A stretch of 41,825 bases of DNA from Thermoproteota archaeon (GCA_049700215.1 JBNAVT010000020.1:1-41825), one strand, 5' to 3'. Shown: positions 27,777 to 37,554, numbered from the stretch's first letter. Notes: generated by a model not told the origin, from the letters alone. Made by a program: numbers and translations.

Positions 27777-28730
27777 ATGAGTCTAGCAATAGAGACTGAG
27801 AGCCTCGTTAAAATATACGGCAGAGGAGAATCAGGCATTAAGGCTCTTAACGGCGTAAACATGAAGGTGCCTAAGTCAAGCACCTATGGTCTCTTCGGCC
27901 CAAACGGGTCTGGAAAAACAACTTTAATCTCCATCCTCATAGGACTACTGCTTCCTACGAGCGGCAGTGCTAAAGTGCTGGGTTTAGACACTGTTAAGGA
28001 CTCTGTGGAGATAAGAAAGAGGGTGAGTCTGCTTCCAGAAGGCTTCGGATTCTACGACCATATGACTGCACTTGAAAACCTAACTTTCCTCGCTACGCTT
28101 GACGGAATCCCGCCTGACCAGAGGAAGAGAAGAGCATTAGAGGCGCTTGAAACAGTTGGTTTAAAAGATAGGGCTGACGCTAAAGTTTCAACATTCTCAC
28201 GCGGGATGAAGCAGAGGCTGGGAGTAGCGCAAACCCTGCTGAAGGATCCTGAGCTACTGATATTTGATGAGCCAACAGTCGGAATAGATCCGGAGGGTGC
28301 TGCCGAATTCAGAAACCTGGTTAGAAGAATGAACAAGGAGGGCAAGACAATCCTAATGTCCACACACCTCCTGTATGAGGTGGGTATGGTGTGTACTCAC
28401 GCTGCAATGATACGTGAAGGAAGGCTTTTGGCGCAAGGAAGCATAGAGGATTTATACCGGCCTGTTAAAGAGGCTAGGGGCTACTGTTACGAGATACGTG
28501 TTAAGCTTGGGGGCGAAATCCCGTTGCAGGAAATAAGGTCTATGCCAGGGGTGAAGGAGATAACGCAGGGTGAAGACAAAGTAACAATTTCATCGAGTAA
28601 AGATATAGGGAGAGACCTTCTCTCGCTCATAACGAAGAATCCGTACAAGGAGCTTGTTGAATCACTAACACCCGTAGAACCGTCATGGGAGGAGATATAC
28701 CGGTTTTACCAGGAGGGGAATAAGAAATGA
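27777..28730 (+). CDS. ABC transporter ATP-binding subunit
   Basis: GPNGSGKTT, FSRGMKQR, LIFDEPT, H-loop STH; GGAGGTGA before ATG 27777. Confidence 0.93.
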   Translation: MSLAIETESLVKIYGRGESGIKALNGVNMKVPKSSTYGLFGPNGSGKTTLISILIGLLLPTSGSAKVLGLDTVKDSVEIRKRVSLLPEGFGFYDHMTALENLTFLATLDGIPPDQRKRRALEALETVGLKDRADAKVSTFSRGMKQRLGVAQTLLKDPELLIFDEPTVGIDPEGAAEFRNLVRRMNKEGKTILMSTHLLYEVGMVCTHAAMIREGRLLAQGSIEDLYRPVKEARGYCYEIRVKLGGEIPLQEIRSMPGVKEITQGEDKVTISSSKDIGRDLLSLITKNPYKELVESLTPVEPSWEEIYRFYQEGNKK

Positions 28731-29689
28731 TGCGTAACGCTTTCTCGATTGCGCGTAAAGAATTCACTGACGCTGTAACCAGCAGGAGGCTATGGCTGAT
28801 TGCAGGAATATTCCTACTTTTTTCAATAGCCAGCACGTATTCAACATCCTTCAGATTCATGATGGGAGCTCAACGAGCAACAAGGCAAATGCTTCAGATG
28901 GCTTCAACAATAGCTTCAACAACAGCATACATGGCTCCGTTGCTTGGCATAGCGCTAGCCTTTGACGCCGTGTCTGGGGAGAGGGAGCGTGGAACCCTTA
29001 GACTTCTGCTTTCAAGACCAATATACAGGGAGGATGTAATAAACGGAAAGATAATATCGGCGCTCGCCATAATAGGTTTAACCATAACAGTATCATCATT
29101 AGCATCAATATCAGTCTCAATACTGCTGCACAATGTTGCAGTAACGCTCGACGATATTGCGAGGGTTTGCGTCTTCATAGTTTTTTCAATAGTTCTCTCT
29201 TTCTCGTATTATGCTTTATCACTCTTCATCTCAACGTTTTCAAACAAGTCGAGCTACTCACTAATAATTAGTGTAGGCATCTGGATTTTCTTCGCGTTTA
29301 TACTGCCTATAATAAGTAGCCTTGTTGCAATCGCCGTCCTAGGTTCACCTCCGGTTAGAGCCATTGCTGTTTTCAACAGGACGCAGGGGCAATTAGGGAA
29401 CTTCACGTTCCCAAGGGAATCGGAAGAATACCTAAGCTACATAAGGAAGGAGGCGGAGATTTCGAGCACAATCCAAGCGTTTTCAATAAACTATCATTAC
29501 ACGCAGATCGTTAATTCGCTTTTTAGCTTTGCTGCAGGGCCTCTTGAACTCGGGCAGAGAGTGAGCACGATAGCCAGCATCCCTGTAGTGCTTTCAACAC
29601 GCTTGATAGACATCGTAGTGCTCATAGTTTTCCCAATAGTTTTCCTAGTGGCTTCATACATGGTCTTCACGAGGAGACAGGAAAAATAG
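28727..29689 (+). CDS. ABC-2 (NosY-like) permease
   Basis: IARKEFTD, AFDAVSGERERGTLRLLLSRPIYR...GK; multiple TM helices. Confidence 0.9.
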   Translation: MMRNAFSIARKEFTDAVTSRRLWLIAGIFLLFSIASTYSTSFRFMMGAQRATRQMLQMASTIASTTAYMAPLLGIALAFDAVSGERERGTLRLLLSRPIYREDVINGKIISALAIIGLTITVSSLASISVSILLHNVAVTLDDIARVCVFIVFSIVLSFSYYALSLFISTFSNKSSYSLIISVGIWIFFAFILPIISSLVAIAVLGSPPVRAIAVFNRTQGQLGNFTFPRESEEYLSYIRKEAEISSTIQAFSINYHYTQIVNSLFSFAAGPLELGQRVSTIASIPVVLSTRLIDIVVLIVFPIVFLVASYMVFTRRQEK

Positions 29690-29710
29690 TTTAACTTTTC
29701 TCTCTAAACA

Positions 29711-30601
29711 TTAAACAATATTAAAATTCCGTTTTTCATATTCCATCGTCAATGCTCCTATTCTCCCTTCTAAGGGTAGTCTACTGGCCACAGGGTCTCC
29801 ATCATAAGTCTTAACATGTACTTCTCCGAGCGATACCAAGTAGTTCACCATATTAACCAAGTCTGATAACCTAGGCTCCACGTAGAAGGGGTTTACTTCA
29901 ACAATGCTTCTCGACGTGTCGACGCCGCGTAGCCTCCTGGCAATATATTCGTTAAAAGCGTAAAGATGGTCTCCAATAGTTAATCCGTAAGAATTCTCGA
30001 TGACCGCTATAACACTGCCACATCTTAGAATCTTATTGCTAGTCATTAAGTCTTCGAATGCTTTTTCCGTTATTTTAACAGGGTAGTAGCCGAAGTTAAC
30101 AACCCCGTTCCTCTCCTTGAAGCCGATGCTCTTCTTCAAAGAGGCCCAGTCGGCATCATTAGTTATCCTAAGGCTTCCTGAAGCCTCATCCAGCGGGGTT
30201 GAAACAATATAGCGGCGTCCTCTATAGGTTCTTTTAAAACCTGTTTTTTCAACAAGCCTTACCGCCGTGGTATTCTTCTCCTCCACGAAGAGGTAAACAT
30301 ACCTCGTGTTCAAACTGTTTAACGCTGCATCCAGCAGCCTGCTTCCAATTCCTTTCCCCCTGAAATCTTTATGGACTAGAAGCCCCCCGATGTATCCACA
30401 GTCGTAAATGTAGCTTAGGGAGTGGATGCAGCCGACTGTCTCGCCACCAGCCTCCGCCACAAATATTTTGAACGATTCCAGTTGACTCAGCATTTTCACA
30501 AGCGGAATGTTTGTTAAGTATGTGAATGGGCTGTCCTTATGCTGCTCGAACAGCCTTACAACCTTATCTATATCCCGGCTCTCTTTAACAGCAACATTCA
30601 A
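29711..30601 (-). CDS. GNAT family N-acetyltransferase
   Basis: LLVHKDFRGKGIGSRLL motif A; N..AVRL.EKTGF. Confidence 0.85.
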   Translation of the reverse strand: MNVAVKESRDIDKVVRLFEQHKDSPFTYLTNIPLVKMLSQLESFKIFVAEAGGETVGCIHSLSYIYDCGYIGGLLVHKDFRGKGIGSRLLDAALNSLNTRYVYLFVEEKNTTAVRLVEKTGFKRTYRGRRYIVSTPLDEASGSLRITNDADWASLKKSIGFKERNGVVNFGYYPVKITEKAFEDLMTSNKILRCGSVIAVIENSYGLTIGDHLYAFNEYIARRLRGVDTSRSIVEVNPFYVEPRLSDLVNMVNYLVSLGEVHVKTYDGDPVASRLPLEGRIGALTMEYEKRNFNIV

Positions 30602-30631
30602 CGTGATGCAAACTGTTCAATAACCCGTTTA

Positions 30632-32239
30632 TTAATATTCTTGATCCAGAACCCCTTTTCTCTTCTTCTGGCCCTCGTAGAGTTCTCTAACCCTTTTTAA
30701 AGTATCCGCTTCAGACGGTGCCTTGTCACTCCTTATTCTGGTTATCCTTGCAAACCTTAGTGCGAAGCCAGACTTATACTTCGGGCTCCTCTGGATTTCA
30801 CTGTATGCCACTTCAACAACTATCTCCGGCTTAACCCAGACAGTGTTCCCCTCCTCCCTTGTCTTAAGCTCCAGCAGCCTTCTTGTCATTTCCTCAAATT
30901 CCTCGTCGGTCAAGCCTTTGAAGGTCTTGCCCACTATCCCGTAGCCCCTGGTTTCCTCATCCAGCGCCGCGAGGAAATAGTCGCTTAACCAGCCCGTTCT
31001 CCTCCCGTAGCCCCATTGCGCACCGATAATGACTAGGTCAAGGTAATCGGCTGTCTTCAGCTTAAGCCACAGCCTCCCCCTGGTGCCTGGCACGTAGGGG
31101 CTGTCGAGAGCCTTGGCGACAACCCCCTCGTGACCCTCCTCCAAAGCCTTCTTTAAAAACTCCTCGGCCTCGCTGACGCTTGAAGTCACTATCCTCGGGG
31201 CAAGGTTCACTTTCCCCCCAATCTGTTCAAGCATGCTCCATCTCTGCGAGTACGGCTCGTCTACCAGCCGCCTACCGTTCAAGTAGATCAAGTCGAAAAG
31301 ATACAGTTTAAGAGGTATTCTCCTCATCTCTTCTTCAATATTCTTAACCTTGGTGAACCTTCTCATCAAATCCTGGAAGGGCAGTGGCCTGCCGTTTAAA
31401 CCGACGGCTATAACCTCCCCGTCGAGTATCGCCTCCTCAGCATTAACCCCGTTTATAGCCTCGTCAACTATTTCAGGAATACTGACAGTAACGTCTGTCA
31501 AACGCCTGCTGAAAATCCTAACGGAGCCGTTCTTCTTATGAATCTGCACGCGAGCCCCGTCGAACTTGTATTCGAAAGCAGCCTTCTCGTGATACTTGAA
31601 GACTTCTTCCACGCTGTAGACCATCTGTGCAAGCATGGGCTTCACCGGGTTAAATAGGGTTAAGCCTATCATCCTCAAGCCGTCTTCGCCGAAGGTTAAA
31701 GCAGCCTCAGCAACCCTCCCCAGATTGCCCGAGAACATGAGGGCCCTCCTTACAAGATCCAGGCTGGTTCCAGAGGCTCTTGCAATAGCCTCCAGCATAA
31801 CTCCCTCTCCAACCCCGTGCTGCATTTCTCCAAAAATATTCTTAACAATGTATTTCGCCTCAAGCTCAGAGGCTCTCTCAAGCATGGATCTTAAGACGAG
31901 CTCCTTGTTCTCCCTCGACCTTGAGCCTGTGGCCCTCGCAATCTTTTCAAAATATTCTGCAACATTCAGGATTGTCAGAGGCTTCTTGAAGAGAGGAGCC
32001 TGAGAGGGGGATTCGAGGATCTTGCTTATCGTAGCGTACCCTATTTCAAGGGTCTTGGAAGACGCCTCTGGGAATATTTCCCCGACTATCAGTAGAACAG
32101 CCGGGCCTATCTCCTCTTTTCTCAAACCCTTCAGAAACTCTCCTATCATCCTAACCTTCTCAAGCCTCCTCGTTGTTTCAGCAAGCTTCTCGCAAAGCTT
32201 GGCGAGCTCCACGAACAATGTCTCCCCGCTTTCCCTCAT
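30632..32239 (-). CDS. lig: ATP-dependent DNA ligase
   Basis: EYKFDGARVQ, ILDGE, LFDLIY, EGVVAK, WLKLK, ALRFAR...R.DK. Confidence 0.95.
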   Translation of the reverse strand: MRESGETLFVELAKLCEKLAETTRRLEKVRMIGEFLKGLRKEEIGPAVLLIVGEIFPEASSKTLEIGYATISKILESPSQAPLFKKPLTILNVAEYFEKIARATGSRSRENKELVLRSMLERASELEAKYIVKNIFGEMQHGVGEGVMLEAIARASGTSLDLVRRALMFSGNLGRVAEAALTFGEDGLRMIGLTLFNPVKPMLAQMVYSVEEVFKYHEKAAFEYKFDGARVQIHKKNGSVRIFSRRLTDVTVSIPEIVDEAINGVNAEEAILDGEVIAVGLNGRPLPFQDLMRRFTKVKNIEEEMRRIPLKLYLFDLIYLNGRRLVDEPYSQRWSMLEQIGGKVNLAPRIVTSSVSEAEEFLKKALEEGHEGVVAKALDSPYVPGTRGRLWLKLKTADYLDLVIIGAQWGYGRRTGWLSDYFLAALDEETRGYGIVGKTFKGLTDEEFEEMTRRLLELKTREEGNTVWVKPEIVVEVAYSEIQRSPKYKSGFALRFARITRIRSDKAPSEADTLKRVRELYEGQKKRKGVLDQEY

Positions 32240-32294
32240 TTCTTCCCCGGTTTCCGTTTAAAATGCTCCCCAGGCTGATAAACCTATGCGTTTT

Positions 32295-33341
32295 TTAAAC
32301 ACGCGGGATTCTTAGCCCGAGCGCCTCACGATATTCTCTTAGCGACCCCCCATTCAACAGGGTTTTCAAAGCGGAAGCCAGTTTAAAAGCCATTTTTCTC
32401 TCCCAGTCTCTCCCGAATCTCCCTCGTAGTTTTATCGCGGCGCGTCTAAGAGTCTCCGCATTATTCCACTCTACCTCGAGAAGGCTGAAGACTTCGGCAA
32501 CATCACCGGGAATATCCAGCACGCCGGCTTCTTCACTGTAATTGTCGAGCAGAAGTGTTAAGTATTCGCCTACAGTAACCGTGCTACCCCCCCAGTATAG
32601 CTTTGCGGCAGCGCCTCTCCGCGCAGCCTCAGCCCTGGCTTCAAGATATGCTTTATGCGTCAGATCGTTGCAAGCATCCTTTCCGTTTCTCCACGCTAAA
32701 GCCAAGATCTTTAATATCGTCATGACGGCGCAAACATAAGGCGGAATATTGCTGTCGCAAACCCTGAGTTCAAGCGTTGAAGGTTTATGCTTATTCTCAG
32801 GGTTGAAATTAACCTCTCGATAATGATTCTGGTTCAACCCACCTTTAGTAATGGGGATGCAGTATTTACCGCCGCCTCGCAGCAGCCTGTTAGACGAGTA
32901 TCCTGTTACTCTTCTCCTCCAGACGGGAGAGTTGGCGGAGACCGCTATAATGAAAGGAATATGATCATGGATATAGTTTGCCAGGCTTCCTGCTTCCTCT
33001 CTGCTTAAACCCTTATCCTTAAACCCGATGTGGAAATGAGCGCCCGCAAACCTGTCGTTCCATCCTCCTACCGGCAGTGGAAGAGCATTACTGACGAGGG
33101 ATGAACCAGCATATTTCCCGAGTCCACTGGATATGGCTTGCAGGGCTTCTCCTAAGCTTTCAAAGGGCTTGGTAACATATTCTGAGCCTATGCTCTTGTC
33201 AACAGTGAACCTCTCTCCTGCTTCTGAAGGCTTTGCATTCGGGAGAATAACGCGTCTCGATATTTTCCACTCTCCAGTTAAAATAGTATAGCATTCTATT
33301 TCAACACCTATTGTAATAGGCTCCTCCTTCTCAACTAACAT
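32295..33341 (-). CDS. Glutamate-cysteine ligase family 2 (GCS2/YbdK-like carboxylate-amine ligase)
   Basis: TIGVEIE, GAHFHIG, AVSANSP, TLELRVCD. Confidence 0.8.
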   Translation of the reverse strand: MLVEKEEPITIGVEIECYTILTGEWKISRRVILPNAKPSEAGERFTVDKSIGSEYVTKPFESLGEALQAISSGLGKYAGSSLVSNALPLPVGGWNDRFAGAHFHIGFKDKGLSREEAGSLANYIHDHIPFIIAVSANSPVWRRRVTGYSSNRLLRGGGKYCIPITKGGLNQNHYREVNFNPENKHKPSTLELRVCDSNIPPYVCAVMTILKILALAWRNGKDACNDLTHKAYLEARAEAARRGAAAKLYWGGSTVTVGEYLTLLLDNYSEEAGVLDIPGDVAEVFSLLEVEWNNAETLRRAAIKLRGRFGRDWERKMAFKLASALKTLLNGGSLREYREALGLRIPRV

Positions 33342-33358
33342 GTAGCGGACGCTCTTCG

Positions 33359-33377
33359 TTTCCAGTAAGGCTGGAAA
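33359..33377. promoter_or_regulatory. Inverted repeat between the TATA box and start of the GCS2-like gene
   Basis: TTTCCAG-TAAGG-CTGGAAA. Confidence 0.4.
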
Positions 33378-33995
33378 GAGGCGAAATATAAATTTTATCC
33401 TATACTTAAATCTATTTTCCTGTTTAAAAAGAAGTCCTCTTTTCTTCTAATCGAGGTTTTGAAAAACTTTTTCTCTTTTAAACGGAATACGGATTCCTCC
33501 GGCTGCCACTCCCGTGAAAAACAATGCTAAGCCATTCCTATTTTCCATTAACCATGTTGCTTCCGGAACTGTTTGAGAAAAACCTAGTGGCTGCGCTTTT
33601 CTTTAAAGAATAAAAGCTATCTTTGAAACAGGCCGTGAATCAAGCGCTGTAAGCAATGCCTTCGTCAAGGTAGGCGTTTTTTAGAAATCGTTTTTACCAC
33701 GGAACAGTTAATTTATAAAATGCTTCCCGCGAAACTATCTATTTTTAAAGAAACTTTGCATCGTGTTTTCGAGAAACGCTGAATCTAAAATATTACTGGG
33801 TTCAACCTGATTTTAGTCAAGCGTCTTGTAAACAGGCTGTTTTTCAAAACCATGGGCGTAAATCATCGAAATATTCTTAGTCGATGAGAAAATTTTTGGG
33901 AAAACGTGGCTTCTACACGACTAATAACCCTTATTCAACCATTTGCGCCGCGTACTCTCGAGGTTCACGCTGCCCGGCTTCCTCGAAGCCGTGTT

Positions 33996-34511
33996 TCAAT
34001 GCGTTATGCCTATTTTGGTGTACAGTTCTCTCGGGCTCTTCGCCTCAACCACCAGGTTCACGAAATCAGCCCTGTTTACAAGCTCAGGGGGCACGTATCT
34101 TCCTGTTAAAACGATATCCGTTTCCTCGGGAGCCTCGTCCAACAGCTTCAAAACGTCTTCGACGGAAACTAGACCTATGAACGCGGCTAGGCCAAGCTCG
34201 TCCAACACTAGGAGGGCCGGCTTCTCCTTTAGTTTCTCCCCGGCTAGGATAAGGCCTTTTCTAGCCATCTCCCTGTCCTCCTCAGAGGGGTTTTTAAGGT
34301 CCACCCAGCCCTCTCTCCCAGCCAAATGTATCTCGTACTCGGGCTGTAAACGTTCAGCTATCAAGTATTCTCCAGTGTTCCTCCACCCCTTCATAAACTG
34401 TATTATCACGGCTTTCAAACCGTGGCCGACTGCCCTGACGGCTAAACCTATCGCGTTAGTCGTCTTTCCCGCTCCCGTTCCCGTGTAGAGAAATACTTTA
34501 CCCAAGGTCAC
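33996..34511 (-). CDS. cobO: Cob(I)yrinic acid a,c-diamide/cob(I)alamin adenosyltransferase (CobO/BtuR type)
   Basis: YTGTGAGKTTNAIG, IIQFMKG, LVLDELG, VLTGR, ADFV; GTG start after GGAGG. Confidence 0.9.
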   Translation of the reverse strand: MTLGKVFLYTGTGAGKTTNAIGLAVRAVGHGLKAVIIQFMKGWRNTGEYLIAERLQPEYEIHLAGREGWVDLKNPSEEDREMARKGLILAGEKLKEKPALLVLDELGLAAFIGLVSVEDVLKLLDEAPEETDIVLTGRYVPPELVNRADFVNLVVEAKSPRELYTKIGITH

Positions 34512-34517
34512 GCCTCC

Positions 34518-37127
34518 TTATGAAACGGGGCATATGCTCCATCCGCAGTCTATGCAGGTGAGGCACCCCCCCTCTTTGACGAGCCTTTTACTGCCGCAGC
34601 TTGGGCATTCAGCATGCGCGTCACTCTTGTTGAGGATTAGAACGGGTTTCTCTGAGGCGGGTGTTGTTTTCGAAGAAACGCTTTCAGATTCCTCTCTGAA
34701 ATCCTTTATCTCAACCCCTAGGGATCTCGCGATTTCAATGGTCGAGTTGCTCACGATCCTAGCGTACTTTCCGAGCTTCGAGGAGGGTGTGACCAAGACC
34801 TGATACGGGAGAGAACCGTCACGGTAAATAGTAACTCCCTTGACTCTCATTGCGCGTGCCAGAGTAAAAGCTTTCTGAACATCCTCTACAGTAACCCAGT
34901 TCGGCATGTTTATGGTTTTGCTGACTGCAGCGCAAATCCATTTCGTGAACTCTGCTTGAGCCCTCACGTGGTCCCACCAGGGTATATCGTAAGCAGTTAG
35001 GAACACGCGGCCCATCTCCTCTGGAAACTCTAGGCCCATGAGCGACCCGCCGTTGTCTGAAATCATTTTAAGCGTCTTCTCGTCGTAAAGCCCGTTTTCC
35101 CTTAACGTCTTCTCAAACTCAACATCCACGTAATAGAAGGTTCCTACACTAACCCTCTTCTCGTATATTAGGGCGAACTGAGGCTCAATCCCAGAGGAAA
35201 CGTCGACAAGCATGGAGATAGAGCCGGTTGGGGCAATAGTGGTCACCTCCGCGTTCCTAACTCCAAACTTCATCACCTCCTGCTGCAGGTCGCTCCAGGG
35301 AAGGGTCTGCCAATCCTTATGGTAGAAGCCTTCAACCGGCATCTCGCCGTCAGGATAGGATGAGGCAGCATAAAGCGGGAAGGCACCACGCTCCTTGGAA
35401 AGCCTGCAGGACTCTTTCATAGCGTAGAAAGTCAGATACTCCGCTATCCTGCTCATCATCCTAAAGCCCTCCTCGCTATTGTAAGGTATTCTCAGGGCGA
35501 AGAGTAAGTCAGCCAAGCCCATGACGCCTAGGCCAACCTTCCTAGTAAGCTTGGTTTCACGCTCTATCTCGCTTAAAGGAAACTTGTTCACGTCTATCAC
35601 ATTGTCCAGAAACCTCAGGGCAACTCCGATTACGCGGCTAAACTCCTCCCAGTCGAAGACTGCGCGCGCGCCGTTTCTCTTCAAGAATGCATACAGGTTT
35701 ATCGAACCCAGGTTGCAGGACTCGTAAGGATACAGTGGCTCCTCCCCGCAAGGGTTAGTAGACTTTATAAGACCCTTATGCTTCACCATTACGTTTCTCC
35801 TGTTAATGTTTTCAAGGAAGAGGACACCGGGGTCGCCTGTCCTCCAGGCCATCTCCGCCATCTTCAAGAAAACGTCTCTGGCTTGAACGGTTTTCCAAAC
35901 CTTCCCGTCCCTCGGGTTGACAAGCGGGTACGGCACGTCCTTCTCCAAGTAATCCCAAAAATCATCCTTTATTAGGACGGATATGTTGAAGTTTTCAAGC
36001 CTCCCCCTTTCAGACTTAGCGGCTATAAACGTCTCTATATCCGGGTGGTTAACCTCGAGAATCCCCATGTTCGCCCCCCTTCTCTTACCTCCCTGTTTAA
36101 CCACTTCAGTAACAGTGTCTATTATCCGCATGAAGGAAACAGGCCCGCTTGCCACCCCTGAAGTACTGGAGACAATGTCCCCAGCAGGCCTGAGCTTAGA
36201 ATAGTTTATCCCTATGCCTCCGCCGGATTTAAAGATGATCGCCGCCTGGGTTGCAGCGTTCATAATTGACTCAATATTGTCCTCAACATCCAGTACGAAG
36301 CAGGCTGAGAGCTGGCCGAGCCTCGTTCCAGCGTTAAACAGGGTCGGGGAATTCGGCATGAATTTCCTGGAAACCATGAGATCATAATAGGCTTTGAAGT
36401 TCTCATAGTAGTTTTCAAACTCGCCTGAAAGAAGCATTCCGAGAAAACCACTCCAGGAAACCTTCATCCTGCCTTGAGAATTAAGCTCGTCGTAAAGAGC
36501 CTTCATCCGTTCCAAATGATGCTCGTTCCAAACGGCAGCGTACCCGTTGCCGCTCTTCCCTAGGCCAAGCCTATTAGCGTATTGGCTGGTGTTAAACTCT
36601 TCCCTTGGAAACGCTGGCAGACCTCCCTCCTTGGAGAAAACCCTCGGGTCGTGAAGAATATCCGGTATCACAACGGTTAAAGCAACCCTTTGAAACAACT
36701 GTTTAGGAGACTCTACGAGCTTCCCATTCTCATCCTTAAGCAGGTAACGGTTCACAAGCAGCCTGATCGCGTTGACAGAAAACTCCTTATCAACCTCGTC
36801 CACAAAGCTCTTCTGCAGAAGAGCCTTCTTCTCCTCCCTTATCCTCTCCCTCTCCTTCCTGTAGAGAATATAGGCTTTAGCAACATCGTAAAGATCAAAC
36901 TTCATAAGGGCGAACTCCACCACGTCCTGAATATCCTCAACATGCGGAGTCTCGCCGCTCTCATACTTCCCGTTTAAAACGTTTAAAACATAGTTAACAA
37001 CCCTCTCCAAAGCCTTCTCATCATACTGTTTCACACTCACCATGGCCTTTGCAATAGCGTTCCTAATCCTATCCGGGTCGAAATCAACGATCCTGCCGTC
37101 CCTCTTAACAACCTTCCTTTTCTCCAT
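34518..37127 (-). CDS. nrdJ: Adenosylcobalamin-dependent (class II) ribonucleotide reductase with ATP cone and C-terminal zinc ribbon
   Basis: VVKRDG ATP cone, PNSPTLFNAG, QLSACF, TNPCGE, CNLGS, TIAPTG, SKTIN, YRDGS; no intein seen. Confidence 0.95.
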   Translation of the reverse strand: MEKRKVVKRDGRIVDFDPDRIRNAIAKAMVSVKQYDEKALERVVNYVLNVLNGKYESGETPHVEDIQDVVEFALMKFDLYDVAKAYILYRKERERIREEKKALLQKSFVDEVDKEFSVNAIRLLVNRYLLKDENGKLVESPKQLFQRVALTVVIPDILHDPRVFSKEGGLPAFPREEFNTSQYANRLGLGKSGNGYAAVWNEHHLERMKALYDELNSQGRMKVSWSGFLGMLLSGEFENYYENFKAYYDLMVSRKFMPNSPTLFNAGTRLGQLSACFVLDVEDNIESIMNAATQAAIIFKSGGGIGINYSKLRPAGDIVSSTSGVASGPVSFMRIIDTVTEVVKQGGKRRGANMGILEVNHPDIETFIAAKSERGRLENFNISVLIKDDFWDYLEKDVPYPLVNPRDGKVWKTVQARDVFLKMAEMAWRTGDPGVLFLENINRRNVMVKHKGLIKSTNPCGEEPLYPYESCNLGSINLYAFLKRNGARAVFDWEEFSRVIGVALRFLDNVIDVNKFPLSEIERETKLTRKVGLGVMGLADLLFALRIPYNSEEGFRMMSRIAEYLTFYAMKESCRLSKERGAFPLYAASSYPDGEMPVEGFYHKDWQTLPWSDLQQEVMKFGVRNAEVTTIAPTGSISMLVDVSSGIEPQFALIYEKRVSVGTFYYVDVEFEKTLRENGLYDEKTLKMISDNGGSLMGLEFPEEMGRVFLTAYDIPWWDHVRAQAEFTKWICAAVSKTINMPNWVTVEDVQKAFTLARAMRVKGVTIYRDGSLPYQVLVTPSSKLGKYARIVSNSTIEIARSLGVEIKDFREESESVSSKTTPASEKPVLILNKSDAHAECPSCGSKRLVKEGGCLTCIDCGWSICPVS

Positions 37128-37263
37128 GCGAAGCTTAAACTTGACTACGAGTATTAAAACATTAAACGATTTTCTACCCGCTTAATTAACCGGAGAAACA
37201 TGGTAAAACAATTATTCTTCAGAATTAAACACCAACCATGCCTTGTTCAAACCCGGTTGAAAA

Positions 37264-37401
37264 CGTCGGGGGCGGGATTTGAACCCGCACGGCCCTCCTG
37301 GCGGCCACATTCGTAGCGCGCACTCATGGGCCACGAGCTTAGCAGGCTCGCGGTGTATTTATTAACCCTCTCGCGCCTTACCAGGTTCGGCACACCCCGA
37401 C
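37264..37401 (-). tRNA. tRNA-Ser(GCT) with two non-canonical introns (30/31 at 37369-37347, 23 nt; variable arm at about 37327-37300, 28 nt)
   Basis: Spliced about 87 nt: GTCGGGG TGT GCC GAACCTGGTAA GGC G CGAGC CT GCT AA GCTCG T GGCCC AGGA GGGCC GT GCGGG TTCAAAT CCCGC CCCCGAC G. BHB central helices CGCG/CGCG and TGGC/GCCG. Confidence 0.85.
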
Positions 37402-37554
37402 GTCTAAGTAGGGTTAATGTAGGAGGCAAATAAAGCTTTTTACTCCCCGCTTATAAATAGCATGCGAAGAGCTGTGAGCATCCTCTTAGCGGTAAGAATG
37501 GCGGTTTAAAGAGGAATGGTGGGACACACATGACAGACTAGTGCGGAAGGATTC

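Noticed and set aside
33884-34488. Plus-strand ORFs of 98, 67 and 181 aa
   Set aside because: They are antisense to cobO, with Ser-rich shadow composition.
34518-37127. Intein in nrdJ
   Set aside because: No intein N-terminal block, HN-C/S/T junction or LAGLIDADG motifs; the length fits an intein-free enzyme.
37264-37401. tRNA-Sec or tRNA-Pyl interpretation of the long-armed tRNA
   Set aside because: The anticodon is GCT with a 7/5 acceptor/T-stem; the extra length is explained by BHB-type introns.
37247-37429. 60-aa ORF on the minus strand
   Set aside because: It coincides with the intron-containing tRNA-Ser gene.
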